DNA of 62,180 nucleotides from Azolla caroliniana. Taxonomy: Eukaryota; Plantae; Polypodiophyta. Of the stretch, positions 49,901-62,180 are shown piece by piece. A model generated the notes under the pieces. The model was not told the origin of the DNA, made no database searches, and was given only the letters and a program-made list of their open reading frames with translations. Made by a program: the position numbers and the translations under genes. The stretch's first letter is position 1; every line of letters starts with the position of its first letter. The DNA lies in the NCBI GenBank assembly GCA_043228905.1, contig JBHGNT010000167.1, positions 1-62,180 of the forward strand, given 5' to 3'.

Positions 49901-52900
49901 ACCTGAGTTACAAAATCTTGATATTTTAATTCCATATCATAGCTAGGGTTGTTAGCTTCGATTCGCATATTTGAACACTAAAATCCGATATGACACGAGC
50001 CAGGTATGAACATTTTAATTTACTCAAGGGCTCCTCTCAACTAACTCCTCAAATTTGGTAATTTCGTCATGTCTCTCGACCTGAGTTTCAAAATCTTCAT
50101 TTTTTAAGTCCATATCGTAGCTAGCGTTGTTAGCTTCGATTCGCATGTTTGAACACAAAAATCAGATATCACACGAGCCAGGTATGAACATTTTATTTAA
50201 CTCAAGGGCTCCTCTCAACTCCCTCCTCATGTTTGCTAATTTCGTCATGTCTCTCGACCTGAGTTTCAAAGTCTTGATTTTTTAATTCCATATCATAGCT
50301 AGCGTTGTTAGCTTCGTTTCGCATGTTTGAACACAAAAATCCGATATCACACGAGCCAGGTATGAACATTTTAATTTACTCAAGGGCTCCACTCAACTCC
50401 CTCCTCATGTTTGGTAATTTCGTCATGTCTCTGGACCTGAGTTTCAAAATCTTGATTTTTTAATTCCATATTATAGCTAGCGTTGTTAGCTTTGATTCGC
50501 ATGTTTGAACACAAAAACCGATATGACACGAGCCAGGTATGAACATTTTAATTTACTCAAGGGCTCCTCTCAACTAACTCCTCAAATTTGGTAATTTCGT
50601 CATGTCTCTCGACCTGAGTTTCAAAATCTTCATTTTTTAAGTCCATATCGTAGCTAGCGTTGTTAGCTTCGATTCGCATGTTTTGAACACAAAAATCAGA
50701 TATCACACGAGCCAAGTATGAACATTTTATTTAACTCAAGGGCTCCTCTCAACTCCCTCCTCATGTTTGCTAATTTCGTCATGTCTCTCGACCTGAGTTT
50801 CAAAGTCTTGATTTTTTAATTCCATATCATAGCTAGCATTGTTAGCTTCGTTCGCATGTTTGAACACAAAAATCCGATATCACACGAGCTAGGTATGAAC
50901 ATTTTAATTTACTCAAGGGCTCCACTCAACTCCCTCCTCATGTTTGGTAATTTCGTCATGTCTCTCGACCTCAGTTTCAAATTTTTCATTTTTTAATTCC
51001 ATATCGTAGCTAGCGTTGTTAGCTTCGATTCGCATGTTTGAACACAAAAATCAGATATCACACGAGCCAGGTATGAACATTTTATTTAACTCAAGGGCTC
51101 CTCTCAACTCCCTCCTCATGTTTGCTAATTTCGTCATGTCTCTCGACCTGAGTTTCAAAATCTTGATTTTTTAATTCCATATCATAGCTAGCGTTGTTAG
51201 CTTCGTTTCGCATGTTTGAACACAAAAATCAGATATCACACGAGCCAGGTATGAACATTTTATTTAACTCAAGGGCTCCTCTCAACTCCGTCCTCGTTTT
51301 TGCTAATTTCGTCATGACAGGCAACCTGAGTTTCAAAATCTTCATTTTCTAATTCCATATCATAGCTAGCGTTGTTAGCTTCGATTCGCATGTTTGAACA
51401 CAAAAACCGATATGACACGAGCCAAGGATGAACATTTTAATTTACTCAAGGGCTCCTCTCAACTAACTCCTCAAATTTGGTAATTTCGTCATGTCTCTCG
51501 ACCTGAGTTTCAAAATCTTCATTTTTTAAGTCCATATCGTAGCTAGCGTTGTTAGCTTCGATTCGCATGTTTGAACACAAAAATCAGATATCACACGAGC
51601 CAAGTATGAATATTTTATTTAACTCAAGGGCTCCTCTCAACTCCCTCCTCATGTTTGCTAATTTCGTCATGTCTCTCGACCTGAGTTTTGAAAGTCTTGA
51701 TTTTTTAATTCCATATCATAGCTAGCATTGTTAGCTTCGTTCGCATGTTTCAACACAAAAATCCGATATCACACGAGCTAGGTATGAACATTTTAATTTA
51801 CTCAATGGCTCCACTCAACTCCCTCCTCATGTTTGGTAATTTCGTCATGTCTCTCGACCTCAGTTTCAAAATCTTCATTTTTTAATTCCATATCGTAGCT
51901 AGCGTTGTTAGCTTCGATTCGCATGTTTGAACACAAAAATCAGATATCACACGAGCGAGGTATGAACATTTTATTTAACTCAAGGGCTCCTCTCAACTCC
52001 GTCCTCATGTTTGCTAATTTCGTCATGTCTCTCGACCTAAGTTTCAAAATCTTGATTTTTTAATTCCATATCATAGCTAGCGTTGTTAGCTTCGTTTCGC
52101 ATGTTTGAACACAAAAATCAGATATCACACGAGCCAGGTATGAATATTTTATTTAACTCAAGGGCTCCTCTCAACTCCCTCCTCGTGTTTACTAATTTCG
52201 TCATGACAGGCAACCTGAGTTTCAAAATCTTCATTTTCTAATTCCATATCATAGCTAGCGTTGTTAGCTTCGATTCGCATGTTGGAACACAAAAATCCGA
52301 TATGACAGGAGCCAGGTATGAACATTTTAATTGTCCTAAAGGGCTCCTCTCAATTCCCTCGTCATGTTTGCTAATTTCTTCATGTCTCTCGACCTGAGTT
52401 ACAAAATCTTGATATTTTAATTCCATATCATAGCTAGGGTTGTTAGCTTCGATTCGCATATTTGAACACTAAAATCCGATATCACACGAGCCAAGTATGA
52501 ACATTTTATTTAACTCAAGGGCTCCTCTCAACTCCCTCCTCGTGTTTGCTAATTTCGTCATGACAGGCAACCTGAGTTTCAAAATCTTGATTTTCTAATT
52601 CCATATCATAGCTAGCGTTGTTAGCTTCGATTCGCATGCTGGAACACAAAAATCCGATATGACAGGAGCCAGGTATGAACATTTTAATTTACTCAAAGGC
52701 CCCACTCAACTCCCTCCTCATGTTTGGTAATTTCGTCATGTCTCTGGACCTGAGTTTCAAAATCTTGATTTTTTAATTCCATATCATAGCTAGCGTTGTT
52801 AGCTTCGATTCGCATGTTTGAGCACAAAAACCGATATGACACGAGCCAGGTATGAACATTTTAATTTACTCAAGGGCTCCTCTCAACTAACTCCTCAAAT

Positions 52901-55300
52901 TTGGTAATTTCGTCATCTCTCTCGACCTGAGTTTCAAAATCTTGATTTTTTAATTCCATATCGTAGCTAGCGTTGTTAGCTTCGATTCGCATGTTTGAAC
53001 ACAAAAATCAGATATCACACGAGCCAAGTATGAACATTTTATTTAACTCAAGGGCTCCTCTCGACTCCCTCCTCATGTTTGCTAATTTCGTCATGTCTCT
53101 CGACCTGAGTTACAAAATCTTCATTTTTTAAGTCCATATCATAGCTAGCATTGTTAGCTTCGTTCGCAAGTTTGAACACAAAAATCCGATATCACACGAG
53201 CTAGGTATGAACATTTTAATTTACTCAAGGGCTGCACTCAACTCCCTCCTCATGTTTGGTAATTTCGTCATGTCTCTCGACCTCAGTTTCAAAATCTTCA
53301 TTTTTTAATTCCATATCGTAGCTAGCGTTGTTAGCTTCGATTCGCATGTTTGAACACAAAAATCAGATATCACACGAGCGAGGTATGAACATTTTATTTA
53401 ACTCAAGGGCTCCTCTCAACTCCGTCCTCATGTTTGCTAATTTCGTCATGTCTCTCGACCTGAGTTTCAAAATCTTGATTATTTAATTCCATATCATAGC
53501 TAGCGTTGTTAGCTTCGTTTCGCATGTTTGAACACAAAAATCAGATATCACACGAGCCAGGTATGAACATTTCATTTAACTCAAGGGCTCCTCTCAACTC
53601 CCTCCTCGTGTTTACTAATTTCGTCATGACAGGCAATCTGAGTTTCAAAATCTTCATTTTCTAATTCCATATCATAGCTAGCGTTGTTAGCTTCGATTCG
53701 CATGTTGGAACACAAAAATCCGATATGACAGGAGCCAGGTATGAACATTTTAATTGTCCTAAAGGGCTCCTCTCAACTCCCTCGTCATGTTTGCTAATTT
53801 CTTCATGTCTCTCGACCTGAGTTACAAAATCTTGATATTTTAATTCCATATCATAGCTAGGGTTGTTAGCTTCGATTCGCATATTTGAACACTAAAATCC
53901 GATATGACACGAGCCAGGTATGAACATTTTAATTTACTCAAGGGCTCCTCTCAACTAACTCCTCAAATTTGGTAATTTCGTCATGTCTCTCGACCTGAGT
54001 TTCAAAATCTTCATTTTTTAAGTCCATATCGTAGCTAGCGTTGTTAGCTTCGATTCGCATGTTTGAACACAAAAATCAGATATCACACGAGCCAGGTATG
54101 AACATTTTATTTAACTCAAGGGCTCCTCTCAACTCCCTCCTCATGTTTGCTAATTTCGTCATGTCTCTCGACCTGAGTTTCAAAGTCTTGATTTTTTAAT
54201 TCCATATCATAGCTAGCGTTGTTAGCTTCGTTTCGCATGTTTGAACACAAAAATCCGATATCACACGAGCCAGGTATGAACATTTTAATTTACTCAAGGG
54301 CTCCACTCAACTCCCTCCTCATGTTTGGTAATTTCGTCATGTCTCTGGACCTGAGTTTCAAAATCTTGATTTTTTAATTCCATATTATAGCTAGCGTTGT
54401 TAGCTTTGATTCGCATGTTTGAACACAAAAACCGATATGACACGAGCCAGGTATGAACATTTTAATTTACTCAAGGGCTCCTCTCAACTAACTCCTCAAA
54501 TTTGGTAATTTCGTCATGTCTCTCGACCTGAGTTTCAAAATCTTCATTTTTTAAGTCCATATCGTAGCTAGCGTTGTTAGCTTCGATTCGCATGTTTTGA
54601 ACACAAAAATCAGATATCACACGAGCCAAGTATGAACATTTTATTTAACTCAAGGGCTCCTCTCAACTCCCTCCTCATGTTTGCTAATTTCATCATGTCT
54701 CTCGACCTGAGTTTCAAAGTCTTGATTTTTTAATTCCATATCATAGCTAGCATTGTTAGCTTCGTTCGCATGTTTGAACACAAAAATCCGATATCACACG
54801 AGCTAGGTATGAACATTTTAATTTACTCAAGGGCTCCACTCAACTCCCTCCTCATGTTTGGTAATTTCGTCATGTCTCTCGACCTCAGTTTCAAATTTTT
54901 CATTTTTTAATTCCATATCGTAGCTAGCGTTGTTAGCTTCGATTCGCATGTTTGAACACAAAAATCAGATATCACACGAGCCAGGTATGAACATTTTATT
55001 TAACTCAAGGGCTCCTCTCAACTCCCTCCTCATGTTTGCTAATTTCGTCATGTCTCTCGACCTGAGTTTCAAAATCTTGATTTTTTAATTCCATATCATA
55101 GCTAGCGTTGTTAGCTTCGTTTCGCATGTTTGAACACAAAAATCAGATATCACACGAGCCAGGTATGAACATTTTATTTAACTCAAGGGCTCCTCTCAAC
55201 TCCGTCCTCGTTTTTGCTAATTTTGTCATGACAGGCAACCTGAGTTTCAAAATCTTCATTTTCTAATTCCATATCATAGCTAGCGTTGTTAGCTTCGATT
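43930..55300 (+). repeat. Higher-order repeat: 22-monomer unit (3914 bp = 8-mer 1423 + 14-mer 2491), about 2.9 tandem copies
   Basis: Private variants recur at exactly 3914 bp: CATGTTTTGAAC 46763/50677/54591, GCCAAGGATG 47507/51421, CATGCTGGAA 48721/52635, CTCCTCTCGACT 49141/53055, CGCAAGTTTG 49251/53165. Ends approximate. Confidence 0.9.
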
Positions 55301-58300
55301 CGCATGTTGGAACACAAAAATCCGATATGACAGGAGCCAGGTATGAACATTTTAATTGTCCTAAAGGGCTCCTCTCAACTCCCTCGTCATGTTTGCTAAT
55401 TTCTTCATGTCTCTCGACCTGAGTTACAAAATCTTGATTTTTTAATTCCATATCATAGCTAGGGTTGTTAGCTTCGATTCGCATATTTGAACACTAAAAT
55501 CCGATATCACACGAGCCAAGTATGAACATTTTAATTTACTCAAGGGCTCCACTCAACTCCCTCCTCATGTTTGGTAATTTCGTCATGTCTCTCGACCCCA
55601 GTTTCAAAATCTTGATTTTTTAATTCCATATCATAGCTAGCGTTGTTAGCTTCGTTTCGCATGTTTGAACACAAAAGTCCGATATCACACGAGCCAGGTA
55701 TGAACATTTTAATTTACTCAAGGGCTCCTCTCAACTCACTCCTCAAATTTGGTAATTTCGTCATGTCTCTCGACCTGAGTTTCAAAATCTTGATTTTTTA
55801 ATTCCATATTATAGCTAGCGTTGTTAGCTTCGTTTCCCATGTTTGAACACAAAAAACCGATATGACACGAGCGAGGTATGAACGTTTTAGTTTACTCAAG
55901 GGCTCCTCTCAACTCACTCCTCATGTTTGGTAATTTCGTCATGTCTCTCGACCTGAGTTTCAAAATCTTGATTTTTTAATTCCATATCATAGCTAGCGTT
56001 GTTAGCTTCGTTTCGCATGTTTGAACACAAAAATCAGATATCACACGAGCCAAGTATGAACATTTTATTTAACTCAAGGGCTCCTCTCAACTCCCTCCTC
56101 ATGTTTGCTAATTTCGTCATGTCTCTCGACCTGAGTTTCAAAGTCTTGATTTTTTAATTCCATATCATAGCTAGCATTGTTAGCTTCGTTCGCATGTTTG
56201 AACACAAAAATCCGATATCACACGAGCTAGGTATGAACATTTTAATTTACTCAAGGGCTCCACTCAACTCCCTCCTCATGTTTGGTAATTTCGTCATGTC
56301 TCTCGACCTCAGTTTCAAAATCTTCATTTTTTAATTCCATATCGTAGCTAGCGTTGTTAGCTTCGATTCGCATGTTTGAACACAAAAATCAGATATCACA
56401 CGAGCCAGGTATGAACATTTTATTTAACTCAAGGGCTCCTCTCAACTCCCTCCTCATGTTTGCTAATTTCGTCATGTCTCTCGACCCGAGTTTCAAAATC
56501 TTGATTTTTTAATTCCATATCATAGCTAGCGTTGTTAGCTTCGTTTCGCATGTTTGAACACAAAAATCAGATATCACACGAGCCAGGTATGAACATTTTA
56601 ATTTCCTCAAGGGCTCCTCTCAACTCCCTCCTCATGTTTGGTAATTTCGTCATGTCTCTCGACCCCAGTTTCAAAATCTTGATTTTTTAATTCCATATCA
56701 TAGCCAGCGTTGTTAGCTTCGATACGCATGTTTGAACACAAAAATCCGATATGACAGTAGCCAGGTATGAACATTTTAATTGTCCTAAAGGGCTCCTCTC
56801 AATTCCCTCGTCATGTTTGCTAATTTCTTCATGTCTCTCGACCTGAGTTACAAAATCTTGATATTTTAATTCCATATCATAGCTAGCGTTGTTAGCTTCG
56901 TTTCGCATGTTTGAACACAAAAATCAGATATCACACGAGCCAAGTATGAACATTTTATTTAACTCAAGGGCTCCTCTCAACTCCCTCCTCATGTTTGCTA
57001 ATTTCGTCATGTCTCTCGACCTGAGTTTCAAAGTCTTGATTTTTTAATTCCATATCATAGCTAGCATTGTTAGCTTCGTTCGCATGTTTGAACACAAAAA
57101 TCCGATATCACACGAGCTAGGTATGAACATTTTAATTTACTCAAGGGCTCCACTCAACTCCCTCCTCATGTTTGGTAATTTCGTCATGTCTCTCGACCTC
57201 AGTTTCAAAATCTTCATTTTTTAATTCCATATCGTAGCTAGCGTTGTTAGCTTCAATTCGCATGTTTGAACACAAAAATCAGATATCACACGAGCCAGGT
57301 ATGAACATTTTATTTAACTCAAGGGCTCCTCTCAACTCCCTCCTCATGTTTGCTAATTTCGTCATGTCTCTCGACCCGAGTTTCAAAATCTTGATTTTTT
57401 AATTCCATATCATAGCTAGCGTTGTTAGCTTCGTTTCGCATGTTTGAACACAAAAATCAGATATCACACGAGCCAGGTATGAACATTTTATTTAACTCAA
57501 GGGCTCCTCTCAACTCCGTCCTCGTGTTTGCTAATTTCGTCATGACAGGCAACCTGAGTTTCAAAATCTTCATTTTCTAATTCCATATCATAGCTAGCGT
57601 TGTTAGCTTCGATTCGCATGTTGGAACACAAAAATCCGATATGACAGGAGCCAGGTATGAACATTTTAATTGTCCTAAAGGGCTCCTCTCAACTCCCTCG
57701 TCATGTTTGCTAATTTCTTCATGTCTCTCGACCTGAGTTACAAAATCTTGATTTTTTAATTCCATATCATAGCTAGGGTTGTTAGCTTCGATTCGCATAT
57801 TTGAACACTAAAATCCGATATCACACGAGCCAGGTATGAACATTTTAATTTACTCAAGGGCTCCACTCAACTCCCTCCTCATGTTTGGTAATTTCGTCAT
57901 GTCTCTGGACCTGAGTTTCAAAATCTTGATTTTTTAATTCCATATTATAGCTAGCGTTGTTAGCTTTGATTCGCATGTTTGAACACAAAAACCGATATGA
58001 CACGAGCCAGGTATGAACATTTTAATTTACTCAAGGGCTCCTCTCAACTAACTCCTCAAATTTGGTAATTTCGTCATGTCTCTCGACCTGAGTTTCAAAA
58101 TCTTCATTTTTTAAGTCCATATCGTAGCTAGCGTTGTTAGCTTCGATTCGCATGTTTTGAACACAAAAATCAGATATCACACGAGCCAAGTATGAACATT
58201 TTATTTAACTCAAGGGCTCCTCTCAACTCCCTCCTCATGTTTGCTAATTTCGTCATGTCTCTCGACCTGAGTTTCAAAGTCTTGATTTTTTAATTCCATA

Positions 58301-61300
58301 TCATAGCTAGCATTGTTAGCTTCGTTCGCATGTTTGAACACAAAAATCCGATATCACACGAGCTAGGTATGAACATTTTAATTTACTCAAGGGCTCCACT
58401 CAACTCCCTCCTCATGTTTGGTAATTTCGTCATGTCTCTCGACCTCAGTTTCAAATTTTTTTCATTTTTTAATTCCATATCGTAGCTAGCGTTGTTAGCT
58501 TCGATTCGCATGTTTGAACACAAAAATCAGATATCACACGAGCCAGGTATGAACATTTTATTTAACTCAAGGGCTCCTCTCAACTCCCTCCTCATGTTTC
58601 TAATTTCGTCATGTCTCTCGACCTGAGTTTCAAAATCTTGATTTTTTAATTCCATATCATAGCTAGCGTTGTTAGCTTCGTTTCGCATGTTTGAACACAA
58701 AAATCAGATATCACACGAGCCAGGTATGAACATTTTATTTAACTCAAGGGCTCCTCTCAACTCCGTCCTCGTTTTTGCTAATTTCGTCATGACAGGCAAC
58801 CTGAGTTTCAAAATCTTCATTTTCTAATTCCATATCATAGCTAGCGTTGTTAGCTTCGATTCGCATGTTGGAACACAAAAATCCGATATGACAGGAGCCA
58901 GGTATGAACATTTTAATTGTCCTAAAGGGCTCCTCTCAACTCCCTCGTCATGTTTGCTAATTTCTTCATGTCTCTCGACCTGAGTTACAAAATCTTGATT
59001 TTTTAATTCCATATCATAGCTAGGGTTGTTAGCTTCGATTCGCATATTTGAACACTAAAATCCGATATCACACGAGCCAAGTATGAACATTTTAATTTAC
59101 TCAAGGGCTCCACTCAACTCCCTCCTCATGTTTGGTAATTTCGTCATGTCTCTCGACCCCAGTTTCAAAATCTTGATTTTTTAATTCCATATCATAGCTA
59201 GCGTTGTTAGCTTCGTTTCGCATGTTTGAACACAAAAGTCCGATATCACACGAGCCAGGTATGAACATTTTAATTTACTCAAGGGCTCCTCTCAACTCAC
59301 TCCTCAAATTTGGTAATTTCGTCATGTCTCTCGACCTGAGTTTCAAAATCTTGATTTTTTAATTCCATATTATAGCTAGCGTTGTTAGCTTCGTTTCCCA
59401 TGTTTGAACACAAAAAACCGATATGACACGAGCGAGGTATGAACGTTTTAGTTTACTCAAGGGCTCCTCTCAACTCACTCCTCATGTTTGGTAATTTCGT
59501 CATGTCTCTCGACCTGAGTTTCAGAATCTTGATTTTTTAATTCCATATCATAGGTAGCGTTGTTAGCTTCGTTTCGCATGTTTGAACACAAAAATCAGAT
59601 ATCACACGAGCCAAGTATGAACATTTTATTTAACTCAAGGGCTCCTCTCAACTCCCTCCTCATGTTTGCTAATTTCGTCATGTCTCTCGACCTGAGTTTC
59701 AAAGTCTTGATTTTTTAATTCCATATCATAGCTAGCATTGTTAGCTTCGTTCGCATGTTTGAACACAAAAATCCGATATCACACGAGCTAGGTATGAACA
59801 TTTTAATTTACTCAAGGGCTCCACTCAACTCCCTCCTCATGTTTGGTAATTTCGTCATGTCTCTCGACCTCAGTTTCAAAATCTTCATTTTTTAATTCCA
59901 TATCGTAGCTAGCGTTGTTAGCTTCGATTCGCATGTTTGAACACAAAAATCAGATATCACACGAGCCAGGTATGAACATTTTATTTAACTCAAGGGCTCC
60001 TCTCAACTCCCTCCTCATGTTTGCTAATTTCGTCATGTCTCTCGACCCGAGTTTCAAAATCTTGATTTTTTAATTCCATATCATAGCTAGCGTTGTTAGC
60101 TTCGTTTCGCATGTTTGAACACAAAAATCAGATATCACACGAGCCAGGTATGAACATTTTATTTAACTCAAGGGCTCCTCTCAACTCCGTCCTCGTGTTT
60201 GCTAATTTCGTCATGACAGGCAACCTGAGTTTCAAAATCTTCATTTTCTAATTCCATATCATAGCTAGCGTTGTTAGCTTCGATTCGCATGTTGGAACAC
60301 AAAAATCCGATATGACAGGAGCCAGGTATGAACATTTTAATTGTCCTAAAGGGCTCCTCTCAACTCCCTCGTCATGTTTGCTAATTTCTTCATGTCTCTC
60401 GACCTGAGTTACAAAATCTTGATTTTTTAATTCCATATCATAGCTAGGGTTGTTAGCTTCGATTCGCATATTTGAACACTAAAATCCGATATTACACGAG
60501 CCAGGTATGAACATTTAAGTTTACTCAAGGGCTCCTCTCAACTCACTCCTCAAATTTGGTAATTTCGTCATGTCTCTCAACCCGAGTTTCAAAATCTTGA
60601 TTTTTTAATTCCATATCATAGCTAGCGTTGTTAGCTTCGTTTCGCATGTTTGAACACAAAAATCCGATATCACACGAGCCAGGTATGAACATTTTATTTA
60701 ACTCAAGGGCTCCTCTCAACTCCGTCCTCGTGTTTGCTAATTTCGTCATGACAGGCAACCTGAGTTTCAAAATCTTCATTTTCTAATTCCATATCATAGC
60801 TAGCGTTGTTAGCTTCGATTCGCATGTTGGAACACAAAAATCCGATATGACAGTAGCGAGGTATGAACATTTTAATTGTCCTAAAGGGCTCCTCTCAATT
60901 CCCTCGTCATGTTTGCTAATTTCTTCATGTCTCTCGACCTGAGTTACAAAATCTTGATATTTTAATTCCATATCATAGGTAGCGTTGTTAGCTTCGTTTC
61001 GCATGTTTGAACACAAAAATCAGATATCACACGAGCCAAGTATGAACATTTTATTTAACTCAAGGGCTCCTCTCAACTCCCTCCTCATGTTTGCTAATTT
61101 TGTCATGTCTCTCGACCTGAGTTTCAAAGTCTTGATTTTTTAATTCCATATCATAGCTAGCATTGTTAGCTTCGTTCGCATGTTTGAACACAAAAATCCG
61201 ATATCACACGAGCTAGGTATGAACATTTTATTTAACTCAAGGGCTCCTCTCAACTCCGTCCTCGTGTTTGCTAATTTCGTCATGACAGGCAACCTGAGTT

Positions 61301-62180
61301 TCAAAATCTTCATTTTCTAATTCCATATCATAGCTAGCGTTGTTAGCTTCGATTCGCATGTTGGAACACAAAAATCCGATATGACAGTAGCCAGGTATGA
61401 ACATTTTAATTGTCCTAAAGGGCTCCTCTCAATTCCCTCGTCATGTTTGCTAATTTCTTCATGTCTCTCGACCTGAGTTACAAAATCTTGATATTTTAAT
61501 TCCATATCATAGCTAGCGTTGTTAGCTTCGTTTCGCATGTTTGAACACAAAAATCAGATATCACACGAGCCAAGTATGAACATTTTATTTAACTCAAGGG
61601 CTCCTCTCAACTCCCTCCTCATGTTTGCTAATTTCGTCATGTCTCTCGACCTGAGTTTCAAAGTCTTGATTTTTTAATTCCATATCATAGCTAGCATTGT
61701 TAGCTTCGTTCGCATGTTTGAACACAAAAATCCGATATCACACGAGCTAGGTATGAACATTTTAATTTACTCAAGGGCTCCACTCAACTCCCTCCTCATG
61801 TTTGGTAATTTCGTCATGTCTCTCGACCTCAGTTTCAAAATCTTCATTTTTTAATTCCATATCGTAGCTAGCGTTGTTAGCTTCAATTCGCATGTTTGAA
61901 CACAAAAATCAGATATCACACGAGCCAGGTATGAACATTTTATTTAACTCAAGGGCTCCTCTCAACTCCCTCCTCATGTTTGCTAATTTCGTCATGTCTC
62001 TCGACCCGAGTTTCAAAATCTTGATTTTTTAATTCCATATCATAGCTAGCGTTGTTAGCTTCGTTTCGCATGTTTGAACACAAAAATCAGATATCACACG
62101 AGCCAGGTATGAACATTTTATTTAACTCAAGGGCTCCTCTCAACTCCGTCCTCGTGTTTGCTAATTTCGTCATGACAGGC

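Larger units (their letters stand above)
2731..62180 (+). repeat. 178-bp tandem satellite array (about 335 monomers, single orientation, continues past the window end); subtelomeric and/or centromeric satellite
   Basis: Consensus read by eye: ACCTGAGTTTCAAAATCTTGATTTTTTAATTCCATATCATAGCTAGCGTTGTTAGCTTCGATTCGCATGTTTGAACACAAAAATCCGATATCACACGAGCCAGGTATGAACATTTTAATTTACTCAAGGGCTCCTCTCAACTCCCTCCTCATGTTTGGTAATTTCGTCATGTCTCTCG. Monomer starts seen at 2731, 2909, 5401, 8071, 10741, 13411, 18751, 24091 (all 2731+178n). Typically one GCTAGC and one GATATC per monomer. No insertion or inversion seen. Confidence 0.98.
24091..62180 (+). repeat. Satellite variant domain C (proximal; carries indels and higher-order repeats)
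   Basis: Diagnostic variants ATTTAACTC (first at about 24207), CATGACAGGCAACC (first at 24601), TTGTCCTAAAGGG (+1 bp, first at about 24730), CTCCACTCAAC, AAATCAGATATC and CATATCGTAGC. All length variants I found in the array lie here. Confidence 0.85.

Noticed and set aside
3355-61550. About 50 short ORFs (60-84 aa) with recurring peptides such as MFIPGSCDIGFLCSNMRIEANNASYDMELKNQDFETQVERHDEI
   Set aside because: They are translations of the satellite monomer. 178 is not divisible by 3, so frames shift and stop every monomer. I recognise no domain, and the ORFs appear or vanish with single satellite variants.
2731-62180. CRISPR-like or other repeat-spacer array
   Set aside because: The whole 178 bp is repeated with no unique spacers, there are no cas genes, and the context is a eukaryotic telomere.
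2731-62180. Identity with Arabidopsis thaliana CEN178/CEN180
   Set aside because: Only the length matches. I do not see the CEN178 motifs I know (for example AAGCTTCTTCTTGCTTCTCA). The family and species are left unassigned.
2731-62180. 5S rDNA, tRNA or snRNA tandem gene array
   Set aside because: No 5S rRNA sequence, tRNA cloverleaf or convincing Pol III A/B/C boxes are recognisable in the monomer.
2731-62180. Transposon insertion, inversion or interstitial telomere tract within the array
   Set aside because: Reading through, all sequence fits the monomer in the same orientation. No LTR, TIR, target-site duplication or multi-unit telomere tract was seen.

Overview
This is the left end of a eukaryotic chromosome, most likely a plant. 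Bases 1-2731 are an Arabidopsis-type telomere, (CCCTAAA)n, of about 390 units. It joins directly, with no spacer or degenerate repeats, to an uninterrupted head-to-tail array of a 178-bp satellite (about 335 monomers, consensus about 39% GC) that runs to the window end. No credible protein-coding gene, RNA gene, transposon or CRISPR array is present; all listed ORFs are translations of satellite monomers. The array is layered. Two distal variant domains (2.7-11.3 kb and 11.3-24.1 kb) keep exact 178-bp register. A proximal domain (24.1-62.2 kb) has its own diagnostic variants, microhomology-bounded deletions and nested higher-order repeats (8-, 10-, 18- and 22-mers). The most notable signals are the clean telomere/satellite junction with a 3-nt ACC/GGT overlap (candidate telomerase-healed break or telocentric end), a degenerate ~120-bp dyad and ~89-bp sub-repeat inside the monomer, and the layered expansion history. 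Species and centromeric function cannot be determined from this sequence alone.
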